This document shows, one piece after another, positions 36,380 to 45,000 of a stretch of DNA of 64,000 nucleotides. The stretch is from positions 1-64,000 of the forward strand of contig CAZFHY010000019.1 in NCBI GenBank assembly GCA_964519305.1, in the 5' to 3' direction. Each line of letters begins with the position of its first letter. Positions within the stretch are counted from its first letter, which is position 1. The notes below the pieces were generated by a model. That model did not search any database, was not told the origin of the DNA, and worked only from the letters and a program-made list of their open reading frames with translations. Source of the DNA: Candidatus Undinarchaeota archaeon. GTDB taxonomy: Archaea; SpSt-1190; JASMDC01. The position numbers were made by a program, and so were the translations under genes.

Positions 36380-37292
36380 CGTAATCATCGTGGGCGCTGG
36401 TCCCGCCGGGATAACCGCGGCCGTGTACGCCGCTCGGAAGAGGATGAGAACGCTGGTCCTCACCAAGAACATCGGTGGACAAGCAGCCCTCTCAGGAGAG
36501 GTCGAGAACTACACCGGCTTCCAGTTGATCACCGGGATGGAGCTGGCCCAGAAGTTCGAGGAGCAGCTCAAGGGCTTCGATGTCGAGGTCCGGACCGACG
36601 TGGAAGCGTCATGCATCACGAAGAAGGGCGACCATCTCCTGGTCAATACGCCCTCCGGCGAGCTTGCGGCCCGTACCGTGATCCTCGCCACGGGGCGCCG
36701 TCCCCGGGAGCTCAATGTACCAGGCGAGCAGGAGTTCCGCAACCGGGGCGTGACCTGGTGCGCCACATGCGATGCGCCCCTGTTCAGTGGCATGGACGTC
36801 GCGGTCATCGGTGGAGGGAACTCCGCCATGGATGCTGCGCTCCAGCTGGACGCGATCGCGAACAAGGTATACCTGGTCAACAAGAACGACGACCTTGCGG
36901 GTGACGAGATCATGAAGGAGAAGCTATTAGCCTCCGAGAAGGTCGAGCTCATCAATCTGGCTGAGACGAAGGAGATCATCGGTGATACCTTCGTGACCAA
37001 TCTCAGGATCCTCGTGGACGGCGAGGAGCGCCTGTTGGCGGTCGGGGGCGTGTTCATCGAGATCGGCTCCGTGCCCGTCAACGCTCCGGCCTGCGAAGCC
37101 GAGAAGAACGAGTGGGGTGAGGTCATCGTCAACGAGCGGTGCGAGACCAACGTCCCCGGACTGTTCGCCGCAGGTGATGTCACGAACATACCGGAGAAAC
37201 AGATAATCGCGGCCGCCGGTCAGGGATGTATCGCTCTACTGTCCGCGTTCAAGTACCTATCGACGCATCAATTCGAAAACGGAAAGAAATGA
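36366..37292 (+). CDS. trxB: Thioredoxin reductase-like FAD oxidoreductase
   Basis: GAGPAG, CATCD, GGGNSA, TNVPGLFAAGD. Confidence 0.9.
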   Translation: MRVNDVIIVGAGPAGITAAVYAARKRMRTLVLTKNIGGQAALSGEVENYTGFQLITGMELAQKFEEQLKGFDVEVRTDVEASCITKKGDHLLVNTPSGELAARTVILATGRRPRELNVPGEQEFRNRGVTWCATCDAPLFSGMDVAVIGGGNSAMDAALQLDAIANKVYLVNKNDDLAGDEIMKEKLLASEKVELINLAETKEIIGDTFVTNLRILVDGEERLLAVGGVFIEIGSVPVNAPACEAEKNEWGEVIVNERCETNVPGLFAAGDVTNIPEKQIIAAAGQGCIALLSAFKYLSTHQFENGKK

Positions 37293-37316
37293 GATATGAA
37301 TGACGGAGTGCTCAAA

Positions 37317-37826
37317 ATGTTATCAGAAAGGATGCAAGAGGCCTTGAATAAGCAGGTGAACGCAGAGCTATACTCCTCGTACCTGTACCTGTCCATGTCG
37401 GCCTACTTCTCAGCCAAGAACCTACCGGGATTCGCCAGCTGGATGAAATGTCAGGCACAGGAAGAGGTCGTGCATGCCATGAAGATACACAAGCATGTGC
37501 TCGGGCGGGGCGGGAGAGCGATCCTTTTACCAATCGAAGGACCACCCACTGAGTGGGAATCACCTCGTGCCGTGTTCGAAGCGACCTATTCACACGAGCA
37601 GAAGGTCACGGGGCTCATCAACGGTCTCGTCGACCGGGCAAAAGAGGAAAATGATCCCACAACGGTGGACTTTCTCCAGTGGTTCGTCGAGGAACAGGAA
37701 GAGGAAGAGGAATCCGCCAGTGGGGTGCTCGAGAAGGTTAAGCTCGCAGGGGACGATGCAGGCCTGCTCATGCTCGACCAGGAGTTGGCCAAGCGGGGTT
37801 TCACGCTCCCAGCGACCAAGGACTAG
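37317..37826 (+). CDS. ftn: Non-heme ferritin
   Basis: LNKQVNAELYSSYLY, QAQEEVVHA, HEQKVT, WFVEEQEEEE. Confidence 0.93.
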   Translation: MLSERMQEALNKQVNAELYSSYLYLSMSAYFSAKNLPGFASWMKCQAQEEVVHAMKIHKHVLGRGGRAILLPIEGPPTEWESPRAVFEATYSHEQKVTGLINGLVDRAKEENDPTTVDFLQWFVEEQEEEEESASGVLEKVKLAGDDAGLLMLDQELAKRGFTLPATKD

Positions 37827-37843
37827 AAATGAGGTGAGTTACC

Positions 37844-38278
37844 ATGAATGACGAAATTGCCATTTGGGAAATGATGACCAAGGACCATGCCATGATCGAG
37901 GGGCTCCTCAACGGCTTGAGAGTGTCCTTCGGGAAGGGTCCTGAGGAGATCAAGGAAGCGTTCGAGAGGTTCCAGTGGAAGCTAGAGCTGCACTTCTTCA
38001 CAGAGGAGCGTGCAATATTCACGATCCTCAGGAAAAAGGGTGACAAGACCTCGGAAATGCTCGACGACATACTCCAGGAGCACGAGGTCATCCTCGGGAT
38101 GCTCGGGGATCTGGGTGCGGACATCGCCGCGGACAATCCCGTGGACATCTCGCAGTTCGTGGCCAAGCTGGTCAAGCACCGGACGTTCGAGGACGATGTG
38201 CTCTACCCCGCGCTGGATAAGGAGCTTTCGAGCACGCAGAAGGAGTTCATAGCCCGTCGCATCAGAACCCTCCCGTGA
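37844..38278 (+). CDS. Hemerythrin-like domain protein
   Basis: DH..HFFTEE..EH..HRTFEDDVLYP. Confidence 0.85.
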   Translation: MNDEIAIWEMMTKDHAMIEGLLNGLRVSFGKGPEEIKEAFERFQWKLELHFFTEERAIFTILRKKGDKTSEMLDDILQEHEVILGMLGDLGADIAADNPVDISQFVAKLVKHRTFEDDVLYPALDKELSSTQKEFIARRIRTLP

Positions 38279-38284
38279 ACGGAG

Positions 38285-38599
38285 ATGAGCAACTTGGACG
38301 ACCCTGATGAAGAGCATCCGAAGGAAGAAGAGGGGCCGGCTAACAGTCCCCAGGTAGTGCTATCTGACGATGCACCTACCTGTGCTACTCCCAGTTGTCC
38401 CCTCTGTCGTCGGGACACCTTGTTCTTCATAATCCTTGGTTTCGCTCTCGTGATGACCGGCCAGAAGGACCTTATGCTAGCGGGGTATGTGATCATACTG
38501 GCAGCATATGCTCTGGCGTTCCTGGGCATCAATCTTCCCGATCCATTCCGGGCACAGACGCAGGTCGCTACTTCGGATGGACCGGAGGCGGATGAATGA
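38285..38599 (+). CDS. Small two-TM membrane protein with CxxxxCxxC motif
   Basis: In the operon run; CATPSCPLC precedes two hydrophobic helices. Confidence 0.6.
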   Translation: MSNLDDPDEEHPKEEEGPANSPQVVLSDDAPTCATPSCPLCRRDTLFFIILGFALVMTGQKDLMLAGYVIILAAYALAFLGINLPDPFRAQTQVATSDGPEADE

Positions 38600-38652
38600 C
38601 CAAGGACGTGTTCACGTTCCTCGTCGGTGGAAAGATGAGCGAGTACAAGTAA
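38596..38652 (+). pseudogene. 18-codon remnant resembling the N-terminus of a 2-oxoacid:acceptor oxidoreductase alpha subunit
   Basis: GGAGG RBS and ATGA overlap; MTKDVFTFLVGGK resembles the KorA-type start (hydrophobic strand then GGxAG), followed by MSEYK and a stop. Confidence 0.35.
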
Positions 38653-38685
38653 AGACATTTAGAACTCACAGGAGATGAAATGACC

Positions 38686-38844
38686 ATGCAGAAGTTCCAG
38701 TGTACAGTGTGCGGTTATGTATACGATCCCGAGCAGGGCGATCCGGAGAACGACGTAGAGCCGGGAACGGTCTTTGAGGACCTCCCCAACGACTGGGTGT
38801 GCCCCGTTTGTGGTGTGGAGAAGGACCAGTTCGAGCCGTTATAG
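38686..38844 (+). CDS. rub: Rubredoxin (below the ORF-track size cutoff)
   Basis: [52 protein letters not shown]. Confidence 0.97.
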   Translation: MQKFQCTVCGYVYDPEQGDPENDVEPGTVFEDLPNDWVCPVCGVEKDQFEPL

Positions 38845-38867
38845 GCTCCGGTCTAAGGAGCGTTCCC

Positions 38868-39113
38868 ATGACGGACGACGAAATAACTCCTGCCAAGGAG
38901 CTGGACTGCGTGGGGCTCTATTGTCCTATGCCCATCGCCCAGACAAAGGAGGCCATAGAGACCGTCGGAGTTGGCGAAGTGCTGATGGTGGAGGCCGACG
39001 ATCCAGCTGCAGAGGAGGACATCACACGCTGGGCGAAACGTACCGGTCACGAACTGTTGAAGTTCGAGCGTGCTGGCTCGATAATGACCTTCTACATCAA
39101 GCGTACGAAGTGA
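38868..39113 (+). CDS. tusA: TusA/SirA-family sulfur carrier
   Basis: LDCVGLYCPMP, DDPAAEEDI..W; GGAG RBS. Confidence 0.9.
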   Translation: MTDDEITPAKELDCVGLYCPMPIAQTKEAIETVGVGEVLMVEADDPAAEEDITRWAKRTGHELLKFERAGSIMTFYIKRTK

Positions 39114-39174
39114 CCGGAGGACACAGCTTACGCTAGGACCGGTGATTCGCCGGAAGAGGGAGTCTTATCTACTC

Positions 39175-39639
39175 CTATTCCCAGGTCATGACGCGTTCAT
39201 AGTGGTTGTAGTACCCGTTATGGGTTTCCTCGAGTTCTATGAGCTCTGCTTTGACCTTGTGTTCCTTGATAACTCCCTTGGTCGCGAAGTACGACTTCGT
39301 GGACTCGATAGGGTGGAGGATGGAACCGAAGTGCGTCTTGTCCGGAGTGCCATAGCCCATGTCCTTGATGGCCACGATGCACTCTTCCAGAGCTTCCTTG
39401 TCTCCGCCGAACTGAACGCGAGCTCCCTCGGTGAAGGTGCGGAGGTTGTAGACGCCGCCGTGTTCGCCGTAGTGCTCCAATGATGCGTTCCACTCGGGGT
39501 GGTCCGAGAAGAGTCCCGCAACGTCGGCCTCGAAGGTGTCCTCGGGCCGCTTGTCGTACACGGTGTTGTAGTCGTACAGGCCGACCATGGTGTACCCGCG
39601 GTCATGCTCCCTCTCGATATAGTCGAACTCGATATCCAT
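39175..39639 (-). CDS. Hypothetical acidic protein (154 aa)
   Basis: Gene-like codon usage from the ATG at 39639; the longer upstream extension in the ORF track crosses AT-rich promoter sequence. Confidence 0.65.
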   Translation of the reverse strand: MDIEFDYIEREHDRGYTMVGLYDYNTVYDKRPEDTFEADVAGLFSDHPEWNASLEHYGEHGGVYNLRTFTEGARVQFGGDKEALEECIVAIKDMGYGTPDKTHFGSILHPIESTKSYFATKGVIKEHKVKAELIELEETHNGYYNHYERVMTWE

Positions 39640-39829
39640 GATTATTACCAAGCCGGCATGCCTGTTATGGAGTATAAATACGTTTCGTATATATTTTCTG
39701 GACAGGGTCAATATTCCAGGTGACCGGATGCTGACATCCCAGGATGGTCGATTCGTGGATTGTCCGAAATTTTCTTGGCGAGCGTCATGATTAGGTTTAT
39801 AATTCTTGTACAAGGGATGTCTGATAGAG

Positions 39830-40072
39830 GTGGAAACCATCGACGAGTACGAGCTCCTCAAACGGATGCATAACTACGGAGTGGTCAGCAGGCATAATGC
39901 CAAGACGGTGCAGGAACTCGTCGGTATGATGAACCTAGATGAGGAGGAGATCAAGGGACTTCTCGAGCGACTCATCGAATTCAGCTACGTCCATACCATA
40001 TCCTCTGATGACGTAGCACGGTATTACGTGACAGGTCCGGGAATCATCACCGTGTGTTCATTCTTTACCTGA
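39830..40072 (+). CDS. Small winged-helix protein
   Basis: KTVQELVGMMNL..LERL..YYVTGPG wHTH pattern; heads the GT4 operon. Confidence 0.65.
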   Translation: METIDEYELLKRMHNYGVVSRHNAKTVQELVGMMNLDEEEIKGLLERLIEFSYVHTISSDDVARYYVTGPGIITVCSFFT

Positions 40073-40085
40073 GGGCGGAGAGACC

Positions 40086-40721
40086 ATGCAGACGAACATC
40101 GAACGTGCGCTCGTGCTCACCTGGGAGTACCCTCCCAAAGTCGTCGGTTCCATCGCCCCACATTGCGAATCGCTAGCCCGGGGTCTGGCCAGGAAGAAGG
40201 TGGCCGTTGACGTGGTGACCTTTGATCACTGGGCAGAGGGTATCACCAAGGGAACGGGTAAGGACCGGGGTATCACAGTCCATCGCGCAGCCAATCCCAT
40301 CTCACCATGTACCAGTACGCTCACATGGGCGCTCACCGCGGGCGTCGAGCTCGAACGACTCGCAGCCGACGTGATCCACTCCGTCAAGGGCAAGGTGGAC
40401 ATAATCCATGCTCACGACTGGGCGTCCATCCCCGCAGCTGTGGCCTTACGCCACGAGTTCGAGGTCCCGATGGTGCTCACGCTTCATTCCACAGAGACGC
40501 ATCGCAGCGGGAAGGTGTTCACTCCGTACCTCGACGCGATCCGTAAGATCGAGTGGCAGGGGACCTTCGAGGCCGAGACGGTCATCGTCGACACCGAGCA
40601 GATGCGCGAGGAAGTGGTCGAGGAGTACCAGATACCCGAACGCAAGGTGCACGTTGTCGAGCCGGGGAAGCGTGGTTGGATCAATGTCCTACTGAAGCAG
40701 TACCGGGAGGCCATGCCATGA
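40086..40721 (+). CDS. Stand-alone GT4 N-terminal domain protein
   Basis: LTWEYPPKVVG, IIHAHDW, TLHSTE; lacks the C-terminal nucleotide-sugar-binding domain. Confidence 0.85.
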   Translation: MQTNIERALVLTWEYPPKVVGSIAPHCESLARGLARKKVAVDVVTFDHWAEGITKGTGKDRGITVHRAANPISPCTSTLTWALTAGVELERLAADVIHSVKGKVDIIHAHDWASIPAAVALRHEFEVPMVLTLHSTETHRSGKVFTPYLDAIRKIEWQGTFEAETVIVDTEQMREEVVEEYQIPERKVHVVEPGKRGWINVLLKQYREAMP

Positions 40722-41998
40722 GCCCTGCGAAGAAGGCCGCGCCCAAGCAGCAGAAGACGGCGAAGAAGCGGGACCGGCCTCTTACTGTGCTCCATCTCTG
40801 CTGGGAGTACCCTCCCCGGAGCGTTGGCGGGCTCGCGGCCCACGTGCACGATCTTTCACGTGCACTGGTAAAGAAGGACATCGAGGTCCATGTGGTCACC
40901 TGCGGATTCCCCGGGACTAAGGACTACGAGCATTACGAGAACGTCCACGTTCACCGGTTCGATGCTTACACAATCCCGTCCGAGGACTTCCTTGGGTGGG
41001 CCTTACAGATGAACCTCTACAAGCGGATGAAGGCGGCCGATGTCATCCATAACCTCGATGGCGAGGTGGATATCATCCACGCGCATGACTGGCTCTCAGG
41101 ACCCGCTGCCATCGCGCTCAAGAACGCCTTCCGCATCCCCCTTGTATCGACCATCCACGCCACCGAGCACGGCCGGCGGCAGGGGATCCATGATCCCTTC
41201 CAGCAGATGATTCACGACATCGAGGGCTGGCTCTCATACAACTCCTGGCGCGTCATCGTGTGCTCGAAGTACATGGAGGACGAAGTATCTACGGTGTTCG
41301 GTCAGCCTCGTGAGAAGCTCGACATAATCCCCAACGGCGTTGACTACAAGAAGTTCGACCTTGAGTTCGACGCCCACGCCATCAAATCCCAGTTCGCTAT
41401 GCCCCATGAGCGTATCGTGCTCTATGTGGGACGCATGGTGCACGAGAAGGGTCTCGGCGTGCTCGTTGGATCGATCCCGCGGGTGCTTGAGTCCTGCCCT
41501 GACGCGAAGTTCGTGCTAGTGGGCAGCGGTTACATGAAGAGCCGTGTCAAACAGCTCGCCTGGGACATGGGCGTGGGTGATAAGACCCTCATCCCCGGCT
41601 ATCTGGACGAGGAGGTCCTACTAGGCCTGTACAATATCGCTGACGTGGCGGTGTTCCCGTCCTTGTACGAACCTTTCGGTATCGTGGCCTTGGAAGGAAT
41701 GGCGGCTAGGACCCCGACCGTGGTGACCGACACCGGCGGGCTCGGGGAGATAGTCGATCACGACGAGACGGGCGTGAAGGTCTGGGTTGACAACTCGGAA
41801 TCCCTGGCCTGGGGCATCTCTCACGTGCTCAATGATTCGGCGCTCTCCAAGAAGCTCGGAAAGCAAGGGCGTCACAAGGTAGAGACTGTCTACAACTGGG
41901 AGGTCATCGCCGACCAGACAATCGACGTGTACCGTCGGGTTATGGCCGATTACACGAAGGGGCGCTGGAAACCCGGGTTCAAGCCGGGTGTACGGTAA
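40718..41998 (+). CDS. GT4 family glycosyltransferase (glycogen synthase-like)
   Basis: WEYPPRSVGGL, HAHDW, YVGRMVHEKG, PSLYEPFGIVALE; ATGA overlap. Confidence 0.93.
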   Translation: MSPAKKAAPKQQKTAKKRDRPLTVLHLCWEYPPRSVGGLAAHVHDLSRALVKKDIEVHVVTCGFPGTKDYEHYENVHVHRFDAYTIPSEDFLGWALQMNLYKRMKAADVIHNLDGEVDIIHAHDWLSGPAAIALKNAFRIPLVSTIHATEHGRRQGIHDPFQQMIHDIEGWLSYNSWRVIVCSKYMEDEVSTVFGQPREKLDIIPNGVDYKKFDLEFDAHAIKSQFAMPHERIVLYVGRMVHEKGLGVLVGSIPRVLESCPDAKFVLVGSGYMKSRVKQLAWDMGVGDKTLIPGYLDEEVLLGLYNIADVAVFPSLYEPFGIVALEGMAARTPTVVTDTGGLGEIVDHDETGVKVWVDNSESLAWGISHVLNDSALSKKLGKQGRHKVETVYNWEVIADQTIDVYRRVMADYTKGRWKPGFKPGVR

Positions 41999-42050
41999 GG
42001 CCTAGACCTTAGTACAATAATCCTTGAACTTAGTTCGAACTCTGTCGGAT

Positions 42051-42080
42051 AAAAAGGGAGGGGCGCCCGAAGGCGCCCCC
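42051..42080 (-). terminator. Stem-loop plus U-tract terminator of the giant surface-protein gene
   Basis: Minus strand GGGGCGCC-TTCG-GGCGCCCC-TCCCTTTTT, about 20 nt after the stop at 42099. Confidence 0.75.
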
Positions 42081-42098
42081 GGTATTCTATCGACGACC

Positions 42099-45000
42099 CT
42101 AGACCGGACCTGAGCCGCACGTGTACTCGTTGGGGAAACAACTGTGGGGCGCAGAGTCGCCCTCACACCACTTGCAGTCAGCCAGCTCCATGCAGGTTGC
42201 ATCAGTGATGGCATTATAGCAATCGGGGTGGTCGTCGCCCCCCGTGTCATCCATAAGGCACTCACCGGTGTCGTCCTTGCAGTAGTTACCGTCAGGACAT
42301 CCGCAATCCATACAGCAGCCGAACTGGTCCTCCCAGGGATCGCAGCTGTTATTCTTATTGCAGCTGCAGTCGTCGTGGCAGTTATCTTTGTTCTCGCCCG
42401 TGTCGTAGTCGCAGATACCGTCGCCGCAGTGGTCGTCGGTGTGATCTCCACCCGAGCTCATGTCACACCAGGGCGGATCCGTCATGCCGGGGCCGGGACT
42501 GATGCAGTTGGCGGGTGCGTTGGGGTCCACCCACTCGTCCGGCAGGTCCTGGTACATGTCAGGGCACGGCTGGTCGAGGTCGACGCGGCATGCGTCCATA
42601 CCCTCTGAGGACTGGCAGCACTTGTAGCCGCTCGGGCCGCCTTGGTCGTCACCGCTGTCGGACCGACACATATCGTAGTCGCAGAACTGTTCGGACGGAC
42701 AACCACAGTCCTGTTGGCAGGAACCGCAGTTCTCGCCTTCATGGCCGCGGCAGTCGCCGTCACCGCAGTGACCCTGTTGGCTCCCGCTATCCTCGGGCTT
42801 GCAGATGTTCGATCCTTGGTCGCACCAGTGGTCCGCAGGGCAGCCGCAGTCCTTGCAGCAGTCGGAGGAGCCCTCCTGTCCGTTGCACATACCATCGCCG
42901 CAGTAAGGATCGTACCCGCCGCTGCTGCCGCCACAGTCGTACTCGCAGAAGCCCTCGCACTCTGAGTAGCTCCGACCCATCTCGTTGATGCACTTATTCT
43001 TGCACTGCTCGCACTGGTCGCCCGAGGGCTGCTCAGTGCCGCCGCTACCATCGCTGTTGGACTGCCAGTAGCGCTCGGACATCTCGTTGAACCTCTGTTC
43101 GAGGTCCCGCTGGAGCCTGTCCCAATCGCGACCGTCGGACTCGAGCGCCTTCATGCGCATCTCCTCGTAGTACAGCTCGAGCTGCTTGAGGAGGGCCTGA
43201 TCGTGGTACCGCACGTCCTCGCGCATTTGGGTGAGGTCCCTGGACTTCCACAGGAGCCACTGCATTCGCCAGAACTGGAAGCGGTAGCCCTCCCAATCGC
43301 GCTCGAAGCGTTCCATAACGCGACCGGGATCGTAAGCACCGTCGAGCTCGCCGCGGAACTCTTCGGCGCGAGCCTTCATATCGAGCAGGATGCGGTTCAG
43401 CTCCTGGGTACCGGGCACGTTCTCGTACTCCATCCGGTCGACCTCGTCCTCGAATCCTTGGAGCTCGTTCTTGAGGCCGCTGAGGCGCTCGAGCATCCAT
43501 AGGCTCTCCTGGAACTGGTCGAACTCGCGCTGGAACGGCTCGAAGTGGCGCCAGATATCCCTGACACCGTCCATATCGCTCGCAAGTGCGTCCAGCTTGT
43601 GCTGAAGCTCGCGGAACTTCGTCTTGGCACTGCTCACGTCCACGCCATCGTACTCCATACGCTCGAGCTGGTCCTGGATGTCCTGGAAGCGGCGCTTGTA
43701 GTCATTGGTCATTCGCTGTGCCTCAAGCCCCTGGAACACGGAGTTCTCGAATTCACTGACGCGGCGGTTGAACAGTTCCTGCTCACGCCAGATGCGGTCC
43801 ATCTGCTCCGTGGCCCTCAACTTGTTCTTGAACTCGTCAAGCTCGTACCAGAGGCTCTTGAGCCCACGACGGGCCTCGGATGTATCGATTTCGTCGTACT
43901 CCATGTCCTCAAGGCGCTGTTCCATGTCCCTGAACCTGCGCTCGAACTCGCGGGGGATGGTTGCGATGGCACGGCGCTGTTCGAGGGCGTTGATCTTGCG
44001 CTCGAACTGGTGGATGATCGTGTCCCATCTACCGCCTTCCATCTCCTGCACCTCGCGAACGACGTTCCGCAGCTCGGCCCGAAGGTCGGCGAGCTCCTCA
44101 TATAGGTCGTCCACGCGGATACCGTTGTACTCATCGTCACGGAGCTGGTCCTCCATATTGCGCAGGCGGTCCTCGAGGCCGCCAAGCCATCGGCGGGACT
44201 CGAACTCGCGCTCGAGTCTGTCGATTTCACGGTGGAACCGCTCGAGGGCGCGACCGAGCCGGTGGCCCTGGATGCCTGCGTTGCGCATTTCGTCAATACC
44301 CTCGCGGATATCCTCGATAGCATAGCGGTACGGCTTGGTGTCGACACCGTCATACTCGGCCTCCTCAAGGCGCTGTTCGACATTGTTGAGCCGGTTCTCG
44401 AGATCTATGAAGGCGCCGCTCATATCGATCTGTTCTCTGATGTACCAGAGCTTCTCGAACATCCGCTCAGCACGGCGGAAATCGCCCTGCTTGGCAAGAC
44501 CCTCGATGGTGCGGAGCACCTCCTCGTAATCCCTGCGGAGGTCCTCGACGAAGTCGGGGACCTTGAAGCCGCTGTAGCTGGCGTCCTCGAAGCGCCTGTC
44601 GAGATCTTCCAGGAACCGGTAGGCGTCCTCGATCTGCTCGTTGAAATGGCGCCATTGCATGAACGACTCGAACTCGCGGTGGAGCCGTTCCATCCTGTGG
44701 CGGCACTTACCCATGATGCGGTCGAACTCGTGCGGATTGCGCACATTGCGCATCTCGTCCATGGCATTGTCGAAGCACAGAGCGACGTCCTTGAGCTTGG
44801 TCTCCATATCAGAGACGTCGAAGCCCTCGTAGGCCATCATGTCAAGTTCTTCGAACATGCGGTACAAGTTATCCTCGATCATGGTACGCTCGTAGAAGAA
44901 GTGCACAAGGGGCATCTTCTCCATAGCGTTGCGGAAGACCTTCTCGGCCGCTCTGGCCTTACCGTTCATAGCGAGCTCGATGGCCTTGTCGATACCACCT

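Noticed and set aside
31318-39113. Selenocysteine or pyrrolysine read-through in the redox cluster
   Set aside because: The recognisable redox genes are full length with Cys at the active sites; no in-frame TGA/TAG interrupts a recognisable domain.
39640-39861. N-terminal extension of ORF 39175-39861 in the ORF track
   Set aside because: It runs through AT-rich promoter-like sequence and overlaps the divergent wHTH gene; the ATG at 39639 is more plausible.
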